A stretch of DNA of 64,000 nt from a virus. The notes below the pieces were generated by a model that saw only the letters and a list, made by a program, of their open reading frames with translations, did no database searches and was not told the origin of the DNA. Of the stretch, positions 37,837 through 46,053 are shown in pieces. The position numbers and the translations under genes are program-made. The stretch covers positions 2,407 to 66,406 of the IMG/VR virus record IMGVR_UViG_3300006341_000010. The stretch is one strand, 5' to 3'. The first letter of the stretch is position 1; every line of letters starts with the position of its first letter.

Positions 37837-38436
37837 ATGTCTGTGTTAGTAGCTTATTTATATTTAGCAGGGGCTTATATATCAGCCTCTTTTATCTGCT
37901 TAGTTCTAGGGATAGTGGTTTACTACCTGTTGTCACAAGATAAACTCGATAAACCTCTGTTCGATAGCTTCACCTTGTTTAACAAGATCTTTAAGCCTTT
38001 CATGCAACCTTATGTTAGGGTAAATGGTGGTTGTTTTTATCTTGAAGAATTATCTGAAGATGATAAGAGGTTAGTGTTTAAAGAAGATACTGATTACTTG
38101 CCTCGATATGCTTACTTAGATCGTGATGGTGATTTAGATTATACCACTAGGGAAATCCCTAAGATCTTTGAGTTCGCTAAGGACTATAAGGAACATGAGA
38201 CAGAGATTTGCTTTGATATTATCAAGTTAATCAGGTGGTTCTTTATTGGTGCGTTGGTTGCTTGGGGCTGTGACTTTGGCTTTACTACCTTTGCTGGTTA
38301 TCCAGTAGTAACCTTAAGTATCTTAGGTACTATAGTTGCTGGTGTTTCTATTAGATTCCTATCAGGTCGTCTCTGGAAAGTAACAGCTAAAACTAATAAT
38401 CATGAGACCCGAATTAAGAAACTAGAAGGTGAGTAA
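37837..38436 (+). CDS. Membrane protein paralogue 2
   Basis: TM, QDKLDKPLF, variable loop, TMs, RLWKVTAKTNNHETRIKKLEGE. Confidence 0.75.
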   Translation: MSVLVAYLYLAGAYISASFICLVLGIVVYYLLSQDKLDKPLFDSFTLFNKIFKPFMQPYVRVNGGCFYLEELSEDDKRLVFKEDTDYLPRYAYLDRDGDLDYTTREIPKIFEFAKDYKEHETEICFDIIKLIRWFFIGALVAWGCDFGFTTFAGYPVVTLSILGTIVAGVSIRFLSGRLWKVTAKTNNHETRIKKLEGE

Positions 38437-38438
38437 TT

Positions 38439-39140
38439 ATGTTAGAGTTCTTACAAAATTATTTAATGGTATCTATGTCTTGGGTAACTATCATGATATC
38501 GTTGGTTACATTAGGAGCAAGTGGGGTGCTATTTGCTTGGCTTGTTAACTACTCCTTGAACCAAGAGGCTTGGGGTGAAGATAAGTTCTGCGCTATTAAA
38601 ACTGTATGTGATTTCATTGGTAATATTACATATTGTAAGGTTCCTAAGGCTATTATTGGTGATGATAGTTATGTCTTTTACTATAAAGGTAATGAGCTAG
38701 AGAAAGTACCATCGTATGAATATAGAGAGCAGTATCATTTATGGGATAGGATATTAGGTCAGTATTATTCTCCTCCTTGCGATGATCTTATCTCCCTGAT
38801 GAGGGTACACCACTGCGAGAAAGTATCTACCTACGTGAGGAGAGCTGATGGAGGCTGTAACTTAACTTATAAGAAAATTAAAGGTCAGGTATCTACTGAG
38901 ATGGAAGTTAAGGCAAGGTCTTGCTTCACTTGGAGAGGTCTCTTAGCTGCTGTAGTTTTAGACTTAACATTCTATGTGTTTACTTTAGCTCCTGTAGCTA
39001 CCTTGAGTATCTTAGGCTTAGCCTCTACGATATATTCAACCCGTTGGTTGTCAGGTAAGCTTGCTAAGACAACTCAAGCTAAGGATAATCACGAAGAACG
39101 GATAACTAAACTGGAGAAAGATGATGATAAAACCGAGTAA
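38439..39140 (+). CDS. Membrane protein paralogue 3
   Basis: TM, variable loop, PVATLSILG, KLAKTTQAKDNHEERITKLE. Confidence 0.75.
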   Translation: MLEFLQNYLMVSMSWVTIMISLVTLGASGVLFAWLVNYSLNQEAWGEDKFCAIKTVCDFIGNITYCKVPKAIIGDDSYVFYYKGNELEKVPSYEYREQYHLWDRILGQYYSPPCDDLISLMRVHHCEKVSTYVRRADGGCNLTYKKIKGQVSTEMEVKARSCFTWRGLLAAVVLDLTFYVFTLAPVATLSILGLASTIYSTRWLSGKLAKTTQAKDNHEERITKLEKDDDKTE

Positions 39141-39372
39141 GTTATTTTATTTGTGGTTAACAGTAGTATCTATTAATGCCGCAGTCTTAATCCCTACTGT
39201 CTTCTTGTTTAATTATTATGAAAGCATAGGCCATTGGTCATCAGGGGCTTGGGAGTTTATGTTAATCTGTGTTACGGCTACTAAAACTCTCCTCTGGATT
39301 ATTGGTTTAGTGGGTGGTATATGCGATAAGAAATTCTTTACTGAGGTAGAGGGAGAGGGAGAGGGACGATGA
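39121..39372 (+). CDS. Small membrane protein
   Basis: 83 aa, two TM segments. Confidence 0.6.
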   Translation: MMIKPSKLFYLWLTVVSINAAVLIPTVFLFNYYESIGHWSSGAWEFMLICVTATKTLLWIIGLVGGICDKKFFTEVEGEGEGR

Positions 39373-39524
39373 AGACATTAGCTTTAGTTATCTTATTCAT
39401 AGCGATGTTAGTTGGCTTGGTATTAACTACTAAGTTATTATTAATTACTACCTCGATGGTGGTATTGATATTGCTTGGTCGTTATAGTACTAAGCTAATC
39501 CCTATGAAACAGAAGTGGGATTAA
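39369..39524 (+). CDS. Small membrane protein (51 aa)
   Basis: ATGA overlap, GAGGG SD, hydrophobic. Confidence 0.55.
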   Translation: MKTLALVILFIAMLVGLVLTTKLLLITTSMVVLILLGRYSTKLIPMKQKWD

Positions 39525-39527
39525 GGT

Positions 39528-39701
39528 ATGAAGCTATTTATCCTATCAGTTATATTCTTAGTAGTAGGTATTGTGATATTAATTTTAGCAATTAATGCCT
39601 CACTAGGTACTACTAGAGACATAGAAGCTAGTCCTTTCTTGGGATGTGTTGGTGGTTTCTTTATTACCCAATCAATTAATATGTTTTACTCATTAATGTA
39701 G
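39528..39701 (+). CDS. Small membrane protein (57 aa)
   Basis: MKLFILSVIFLVVGIVILILAIN... Confidence 0.55.
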   Translation: MKLFILSVIFLVVGIVILILAINASLGTTRDIEASPFLGCVGGFFITQSINMFYSLM

Positions 39702-39751
39702 TTGTAGACTCCATGTCCTTAAGGTTCTTAGGGGCATGTATGGTTGCAATT
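39701..39751 (+). promoter_or_regulatory. T7 R1.1-type RNase III site
   Basis: TTGTA-GACTC-CATGTCCTTAAG..CTTAGGGGCATG-TATGGT-TGCAA. Confidence 0.7.
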
Positions 39752-39770
39752 GAAACCAAAAGGAGGTTAT

Positions 39771-40001
39771 ATGTTAGTAACCTTAGATGATGGAACGGTT
39801 ATAGAAATAGGTGGTACAGTCATGGTAGTAAGAGACTCAACCACGTTGTTCCCCTCTAACTTACCTATGGAAATCTGTAATATCTATAAGTCAGTAACTA
39901 CAGGGACAGTAGCGGTGATGCTTAAGTCACCAAGGGGTGTAAGGATGAACTTTAAAATACAAAACTTAAGAGCAGGTACAATAAATGTTCACGGTAAATA
40001 A
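39771..40001 (+). CDS. Hypothetical protein
   Basis: AAGGAGG SD places the start at ATG 39771. Confidence 0.65.
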   Translation: MLVTLDDGTVIEIGGTVMVVRDSTTLFPSNLPMEICNIYKSVTTGTVAVMLKSPRGVRMNFKIQNLRAGTINVHGK

Positions 40002-40215
40002 AAAGGTAGCACTTGTAGTATCTCAGGGTACAACCACTGAGTTAGCTACAGCTGATGGTGGATGTCATCTTGAGAAAGGTGAACGGGTAAGTGCATTAGA
40101 GATCACATCAATCAGTGGTCAGATGTTCTATGCTCTACGTAAGAAGTCACAGAAGCTTATCTTATTTAAGCCTGAGACTTTCGGTTCTTTTAATAATTTT
40201 TTAGGAGCATTTTAA
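39985..40215 (+). CDS. Hypothetical protein
   Basis: 76 aa, overlaps previous gene. Confidence 0.55.
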   Translation: MFTVNKKVALVVSQGTTTELATADGGCHLEKGERVSALEITSISGQMFYALRKKSQKLILFKPETFGSFNNFLGAF

Positions 40216-40216
40216 G

Positions 40217-41137
40217 ATGCCAAATGTTAGATTAGTTTTTGAAGGCGGTCAATCAGGCCGTGACTCAGGTGGTTGCTTTGGGTTCTCAGGTCGTCATGGT
40301 GATTGTCGTACTCGTTTCCGTAACGACTGTGGTGGAGTCCCTGTTACTAACTACATCTATGAGTTTTACAATAGTGTAAGAGGTGATCATTCTGCTGATA
40401 GTGATGCTAAGTTCATGCTTGATTACTTAGCTACCCAGTCACCTTGGCGTAAGTATGTTAATGGATTAAATATTGAACAAGGTAGATTGAACCGTGCAGG
40501 TAATGAAGTAGATATCAAGACAGACATTCCAGGCCATGCTGTGATTGGTACAGCTTCTATGTTCCGTTTTGTAGTTTACTTACACAATGGTAACAAACAC
40601 GTCCTCAAGGCCTTTAAAACTGCATGTGACCTAGGTTGTAATCCTAACATAGCTTTTGTTACTTGTGTCTTAGGTTACGGCTTGAACTCCCAGCCTCAGA
40701 ACTCTGCTTATAGCACTTCGTTGAACGCTTACCCTGATATCGGTGACGACACTCCGTTTGATTTCAGCAGGATTGCTTTGTCAGATTTCCAAGCCATCAT
40801 TGCTGGTACTTGGGAGTACAAAGATAATGATAGTAATCCTTTCCCTAAGTACCGAGACACTGGTCGTTATCAACAAGAGATCTTGAACTCTTTCAGGACT
40901 GGTAATTTCAGTTTCCCTCAGTATGTACAACGTCGTTTCTATCAGAGTGGTAGTTATGTAGCGCCTCGTAGTCAAGGCAGTCGTGGTTTAGGCAGAAGTA
41001 CTAGCCAATCATTAACAGTGCACAACAACCAAGTCTGTATTGAACCTCTATCTCTTATCGGTGTAGCCTTACAGCTAGATGCAGAGGTTAAGAAGTTCGG
41101 GACATTCCAATCAATTAACTTACATCACGGGGTATAA
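40217..41137 (+). CDS. Hypothetical protein heading the peptide-ligase cluster
   Basis: 306 aa, AGGAG SD, TAATG coupling to the GGCT gene. Confidence 0.7.
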   Translation: MPNVRLVFEGGQSGRDSGGCFGFSGRHGDCRTRFRNDCGGVPVTNYIYEFYNSVRGDHSADSDAKFMLDYLATQSPWRKYVNGLNIEQGRLNRAGNEVDIKTDIPGHAVIGTASMFRFVVYLHNGNKHVLKAFKTACDLGCNPNIAFVTCVLGYGLNSQPQNSAYSTSLNAYPDIGDDTPFDFSRIALSDFQAIIAGTWEYKDNDSNPFPKYRDTGRYQQEILNSFRTGNFSFPQYVQRRFYQSGSYVAPRSQGSRGLGRSTSQSLTVHNNQVCIEPLSLIGVALQLDAEVKKFGTFQSINLHHGV

Positions 41138-41547
41138 TGATGTCAGTAACTCCAGCTTCAGTAATGGTAGGTGGCTTATGCTTTGTGTATGGGTCACTCA
41201 GAAAGGGTCTTGGTAACCACCGAGTTATCCAAGGTAGTAAACAACAAGATGATGGCGTGTTACCTAAGGGCTTCAGGATGCGTAGCCTTGGTGGTTTCCC
41301 TGCGATCTTTAAGACCGATGAGGAACATGAAACCCCTATCAAAGTAGAGGTGTATGAGGTAGCTGATAAACCTCAGGCCCAAAGGCTTGATAGTCTTGAG
41401 GGTTATCCTATGTTCTATAACCGTGAGGTTGTTACCCTTGAGGATGGTCGTCAGGGTTGGGTATACTTCATTGAGAATGAGGTAGGTTACTTACGTAATC
41501 AGTTAGTAAGTGATGGTGATTGGTACAAATTTGTAATGGGAGGTTAA
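41137..41547 (+). CDS. Gamma-glutamylcyclotransferase (AIG2/YtfP-like)
   Basis: FVYGSLRKG...NH...LDSLEGYP..YNR...WVYF. Confidence 0.9.
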   Translation: MMSVTPASVMVGGLCFVYGSLRKGLGNHRVIQGSKQQDDGVLPKGFRMRSLGGFPAIFKTDEEHETPIKVEVYEVADKPQAQRLDSLEGYPMFYNREVVTLEDGRQGWVYFIENEVGYLRNQLVSDGDWYKFVMGG

Positions 41548-41967
41548 TTGCAGAAAGATTTAACAACAATCCTCAAACATACAGAAGAATGTAACGGCTG
41601 TATGGTTTGGACAAGGGCTTTAAATACCGATGGGTATCCTCGTGCTTTGATCGAGGGCAACAGTAATGCTAAGGTTCATAGAGTTGTTTATGAACTAGCT
41701 AATGATAAGGACATCTCAGGTTATGTTGTTAGACATACATGTGATGACCCTAAGTGTATTAACCCTAATCACTTAATCATTGGTACTCCTACTGATAATG
41801 TAAGGGATAGATGTGAACGTGGAAGAACACACCATCAAGTCCTTGACGAGGAGAAGGAAGCTGTTAAGGTACTAAGGGAACAGGGTATTACCTACCTTAG
41901 TATAGCCCAGCAGTTAGGTATCTCCTATAAAAGAGTAGAGTACATCGTAAATAAATTTATTAAATAG
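41548..41967 (+). CDS. HNH homing endonuclease
   Basis: C..WT...HRVVYEL...VRHTCDDPKCINPNHLIIGTPTDNVRD; C-terminal HTH. Confidence 0.9.
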   Translation: MQKDLTTILKHTEECNGCMVWTRALNTDGYPRALIEGNSNAKVHRVVYELANDKDISGYVVRHTCDDPKCINPNHLIIGTPTDNVRDRCERGRTHHQVLDEEKEAVKVLREQGITYLSIAQQLGISYKRVEYIVNKFIK

Positions 41968-41993
41968 CCTTTAAAGAGGCGGAGGATAGTCCC

Positions 41994-43523
41994 ATTTGTG
42001 GTTTAGTAGGTGTAGCTGGTAACTTAATCCAGCGTGATGTAACTTTGTTTGGTCAGATGCTTTTAGCAGATGTGTTCCGTGGTAAACATGCAACAGGTGT
42101 AATGCGAGTAGCCCATAATGGTCAGGCAATGTCTGTTCAACATGCCAAGTTAGCTATGTCATCAAAGTATTTCTTAGACTTACCTGTGTATGATTTAATC
42201 ACTGGCATTTCTCAATCATTAACAATCCTTGCAGGTCATAACCGCCATGCAACTAAAGGTGCATCAGACAATCATAAGTTTGCTCACCCATTTAAGCATG
42301 GTCACATTACCTTAATGCACAATGGTTCTTTAACTTCTCACTACAACCTAACACGTGGTACTAGTGAAACATTTACAGTAGACAGTGAAGCTATTTGTTT
42401 TGCAATGTCTCGTGGTGAAGCACATGAAGTTATCCCTCAGCTTAACGGTGCCTTTGCTTTAGTGTGGGTTGATGAAGAAAAACAAACCCTTAACTTCGTA
42501 AGAAACTCAGAGCGCCCACTCCACCTAGCATTTGATGAACGCTTAGGTAAGATCTACTGGGCATCAGAAAAAGATATGCTTAAGTGGTTACTTGATCGTG
42601 ACATGACGATGGCATCAGGTGGTTTCCGTTATGATCGTACAGAAGAACTGCCGGTGGGTGAGATCTGGTCTTTCCCAATCAACCAAAATTCTGTAGATCT
42701 TAAGGGCTGCGAGGTGACCTCAGTGGAAGTCTCTAAGCCCTTTACGTACACTGGCTATGGCAATTACGTCGGGGGTACTAACACAAAAAAAAGTCAGGGC
42801 GCAAACAACGCAAGCGCCAGCGCAAACAAGACAAGCGTCACCACAGGAAACTCAAACACCGGTAGTGTTAACAAAACTACTGGGACTAGCACTACTGGTA
42901 ACAGCAGTACTGGAATCCCTTGCCATGCAGCAGTGGATAACAGCGTTGGTACTGAGTACTTGCTTACTCCTAGTCTGGAAACGACTCTGAAAGCTTCATC
43001 TTCTAAGGTGTTAGACCATCTAGGTCGTCAGCAGATTGGTGTTCGCTCTTACATTAATGCCGCTGACCAGCAAGCAACTGAGTTAGATAAGCGAATCCCT
43101 TTCTTCATCAAGAGCTTTGCTGTATATCCATCATCTGTTAACAAAGAACCTGAGAAAATATTGGGTTGTTTGAAAGGGAAGATGGTTGAGTATCCTTTCT
43201 CTGATATTATTATCCATGCTTGTACTAAGATGAAGTTTGATGAGTTGGTAGCTGAAGGTAACTCTATTGGTAGCTCTTACATTCAAGGCATCAAAGCTGA
43301 AGATACAGCTAAGCAGTTAGGTAAGTTGTCTGACTCACAAGCTAAGCTATTGTTTGATGTTGTCCTACGTGGTGATACTATTAAGCAGGTAGAAGAAGTA
43401 ACTAACTACTTGTTTGATATGAATGAGATCCCTTCTTCATGGAAAGTATCTCAAGAACCTGAGGTCGTTAAGGGCATTGAGTTAGTAGTTGAGCAAGAGA
43501 AAGAACTAGCTCAAAAGAAGTAA
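41994..43523 (+). CDS. Class II glutamine amidotransferase (Ntn hydrolase), AUU start
   Basis: ATT-TGT-GGT = (M)CGLVGVAG 8 nt after GGAGG; RGKHATG, GHNRHAT, AHPF, HNGSL, VDSE, GAFALVW, RNSERPL. Confidence 0.9.
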   Translation: MCGLVGVAGNLIQRDVTLFGQMLLADVFRGKHATGVMRVAHNGQAMSVQHAKLAMSSKYFLDLPVYDLITGISQSLTILAGHNRHATKGASDNHKFAHPFKHGHITLMHNGSLTSHYNLTRGTSETFTVDSEAICFAMSRGEAHEVIPQLNGAFALVWVDEEKQTLNFVRNSERPLHLAFDERLGKIYWASEKDMLKWLLDRDMTMASGGFRYDRTEELPVGEIWSFPINQNSVDLKGCEVTSVEVSKPFTYTGYGNYVGGTNTKKSQGANNASASANKTSVTTGNSNTGSVNKTTGTSTTGNSSTGIPCHAAVDNSVGTEYLLTPSLETTLKASSSKVLDHLGRQQIGVRSYINAADQQATELDKRIPFFIKSFAVYPSSVNKEPEKILGCLKGKMVEYPFSDIIIHACTKMKFDELVAEGNSIGSSYIQGIKAEDTAKQLGKLSDSQAKLLFDVVLRGDTIKQVEEVTNYLFDMNEIPSSWKVSQEPEVVKGIELVVEQEKELAQKK

Positions 43524-43677
43524 TAACGATGGGGTATACTGTTGCGAGTGTGATGCACCATTCACCCGTGAAGATGCCCTGTCGTTTGGTATGTACCTAG
43601 ACGGAGATAAGAAAGAATTTATCTGTGACGTCTGTGTATTCTATGAAAAGAATCCTGAGATGGAGAAAAAATTATGA
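43510..43677 (+). CDS. Start-less Zn-ribbon reading frame (possible frameshift extension of GATase)
   Basis: SNNDGVYCCECDAPF...FICDVCVFYEKNPEMEKKL*; stop forms ATGA overlap with next gene. Confidence 0.5.
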   Translation, partial: LKRSNNDGVYCCECDAPFTREDALSFGMYLDGDKKEFICDVCVFYEKNPEMEKKL

Positions 43678-44498
43678 GTACTATCATAGTAGATGGTGTA
43701 GCAGTTGACTTAACTGTTGGGTGTGATCCTGAGCTGTTCGTAAAGGACGAGCAGGGTCTTGTTTCAGCACATGGTATGGTTGAAGGAACTAAAGAAGCTC
43801 CTAGTCCAGTAGAGAAAGGGGCTATCCAAGTTGACGGAATGGCCTTGGAGTTCAACATCAACCCAGCTGAAAGCCGTGAGGTGTTTATCGTTAATACGAT
43901 GTCTGTCATGCAAGACTTAGTAAAGAAAATTCCTCAGGGTCATACCCTAGTAGTAGCCCCAACTGCTAACTTTGGTAAAGCTTTAATTGACCAGCAGCCT
44001 GATGAAGCTAAAGAGCTAGGTTGCTCTGCTGATTACAATGCATACATGCAAGGTGCAGCTAACCCTAAGCCCAACGGCGACGTTGATTTCCGTACGGCGG
44101 GTGGTCATATCCATGTGGGCTTCACTGAGAACGCTCACTCATCAGATCAGGAACACCAAGCTATCTGTCAAGAGATCATTAAGATGATGGACTTAATGCT
44201 CGGTGTTCCTTCAGTCCTTTTAGATGACGACAAGAAACGTCGTAGTCTTTACGGTGCTGCTGGTGCTTACCGCTCTAAGCCTTATGGTGTAGAGTATCGT
44301 TCGCTTAGTAACTTCTGGTTAAAGAGCAAGGAGTACATTGGTTGGGTCTATGACCAGACTGAAGTTACTATCAAGAAAGTCTTGGAAGGTTTAGATGTTT
44401 CGGAAGATGCTGCTAAAATCCAAAGAGTTATTAACAGCTCTGATAAACAAGGAGCTAAAGAACTCATTCGTAAATACAACATTCAGTTACCAGTTTAG
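43674..44498 (+). CDS. phiEco32-like COOH-NH2 ligase type 2
   Basis: VGCDPELFV, QVDGMALEFN, ELGCSADYNAY, RTAGGHIHVG, RRSLYGAAG..R.KPYGVEYRSLSNFW. Confidence 0.9.
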   Translation: MSTIIVDGVAVDLTVGCDPELFVKDEQGLVSAHGMVEGTKEAPSPVEKGAIQVDGMALEFNINPAESREVFIVNTMSVMQDLVKKIPQGHTLVVAPTANFGKALIDQQPDEAKELGCSADYNAYMQGAANPKPNGDVDFRTAGGHIHVGFTENAHSSDQEHQAICQEIIKMMDLMLGVPSVLLDDDKKRRSLYGAAGAYRSKPYGVEYRSLSNFWLKSKEYIGWVYDQTEVTIKKVLEGLDVSEDAAKIQRVINSSDKQGAKELIRKYNIQLPV

Positions 44499-44508
44499 GA
44501 GGAAGATA

Positions 44509-45150
44509 ATGCCTGATATTAATATTAGTTCACGCTACCGTGGTTCAGGTGACATCTCTATGCGTCACAATGATACCTATGTAGGTGTAGTACAACGTGA
44601 TGGTTCGGTTACTCCTTATCGTTGTCATGGTGCTAGTAGCTCAGATAGTATCTCTATCTCTAAGGTCCAAGGGTTCCAAGGGGATAGTGATATGAACATC
44701 GGACTGAATGATGATCGCTTGTTACTTGATCGTCCTCAGTGTGGTTATGCTACCCTAAGGAATGTTGATGGTGATAAGACAGCAGTGTACTTCTGTACTC
44801 GTGCCCTTCGCCAGTACAAACGTTCTTTAGTTTACTCACACCTACATCGTACCCCTGCTGGTAGTGGCCGAGGGGTGGACTATAGTGACCGTGGGAACTT
44901 AGGGGCTGCCTTGTTTACATTCTTCAATGATGTATATTCTTCTGTTGAGAATGCAGTGAATGAACTCAAAGACACTGACGCTGTTTCAATAGCGATTGGT
45001 AGTAAGTTTGCCTTAGCTAAGCATGAAGATAAAGGTATTGTCCTTTACTACAAGCGAGCAATAGTAGGTTGGTATGATCTTGAAGAAGAACAAGTCAAGT
45101 TAGTTAGTAGTTATCAACATCTTCAAGAACAATTAGAGGAGATCTCTTGA
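44509..45150 (+). CDS. Hypothetical protein of the ligase cluster
   Basis: AGGAGG SD places the start at ATG 44509 (MPDINIS). Confidence 0.7.
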   Translation: MPDINISSRYRGSGDISMRHNDTYVGVVQRDGSVTPYRCHGASSSDSISISKVQGFQGDSDMNIGLNDDRLLLDRPQCGYATLRNVDGDKTAVYFCTRALRQYKRSLVYSHLHRTPAGSGRGVDYSDRGNLGAALFTFFNDVYSSVENAVNELKDTDAVSIAIGSKFALAKHEDKGIVLYYKRAIVGWYDLEEEQVKLVSSYQHLQEQLEEIS

Positions 45151-46052
45151 TGTTAGTCAGTGAAATTATTGGACGTAGTTCAGGTGGTTTAGCAGGTGAG
45201 TTGGGCTTAATGGTATCAGGTACTAAGGTAGGGGTAGAGATTGAGATCCAAACAAACTCTAGCTCCCATCCAGTGGATCGCTCAGAGTATTGGCGACCAG
45301 TATCTGAGGGTTCAGTACAGGGCTTTGAGATTGTTCTACGTGAACCTCAAGGCGGTACTGATTTAGTATCAGCTCTTGAGGAAGCTGAATCATTGGTTGA
45401 TAGAATGGGTGGGAATGAGAAGTTCCCTGAGATGACTTCAGTCCATGTCCATGTTGATGTCCGTGACATGACAGAGATCCAGTTGTTTAACTTCCTCACA
45501 TTAGCAATCATGTTCGAGCCTGTGTTATACAATTATGTAGAACCACATCGAAACAAGAACCACTTCTGTTTGCCAATGTCTGATGCTGATGATGTACTTG
45601 GTCGCTTGTATCGTTTGGTATCTCGCTACCGTCAGCATGGTAACATCAACCGTGATCAGTTACGATCTCTATTCTCACCAGATGAAGTTAAGTATGCAGG
45701 TATTAACTTAAGTTCCATCCCGCACTACGGTTCCCTTGAGTTCCGAATGCACCATGGTACTGCAAGTTCTACCGCGTTGATCCGATGGATTAATGTCCTG
45801 TTAAAGATGCATCAGTATGCTATGGAACCTAACCGTTCCCCTAATAACATCCTTGATACTAAGATTGAGGTTGGGATTGAAACAATATTCCAACAAGTCC
45901 TTGGCCAATACTCAGGTGTGTTATCATACGAAGGCGTTGACGATGATATATTAGATGGGATCAGGAATGCACAGGACTTCGTTGCACTGTTCGCTCAGCC
46001 TGCGGGACGTAATGTCCTACAGGATATCCCTAATCAAACCCTAGGAGGATAA
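45147..46052 (+). CDS. Putative amidoligase (COOH-NH2 ligase family)
   Basis: VGVEIEI, EGSV.GFE, TSVHVHVDV, KYAGINL, GSLEFRMHHGT. Confidence 0.88.
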   Translation: MMLVSEIIGRSSGGLAGELGLMVSGTKVGVEIEIQTNSSSHPVDRSEYWRPVSEGSVQGFEIVLREPQGGTDLVSALEEAESLVDRMGGNEKFPEMTSVHVHVDVRDMTEIQLFNFLTLAIMFEPVLYNYVEPHRNKNHFCLPMSDADDVLGRLYRLVSRYRQHGNINRDQLRSLFSPDEVKYAGINLSSIPHYGSLEFRMHHGTASSTALIRWINVLLKMHQYAMEPNRSPNNILDTKIEVGIETIFQQVLGQYSGVLSYEGVDDDILDGIRNAQDFVALFAQPAGRNVLQDIPNQTLGG

Positions 46053-46053
46053 T

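Noticed and set aside
41548-41993. HNH inside an intron whose splicing would give TTG-TGT-GGT for GATase
   Set aside because: The insert is almost entirely ORF with no room for intron structure; a well-spaced GGAGG precedes the ATT
42757-42990. 77-aa +1-frame ORF inside GATase
   Set aside because: No SD; the frameshift signal points to the -1 frame instead, although slippage on the A8 run cannot be excluded
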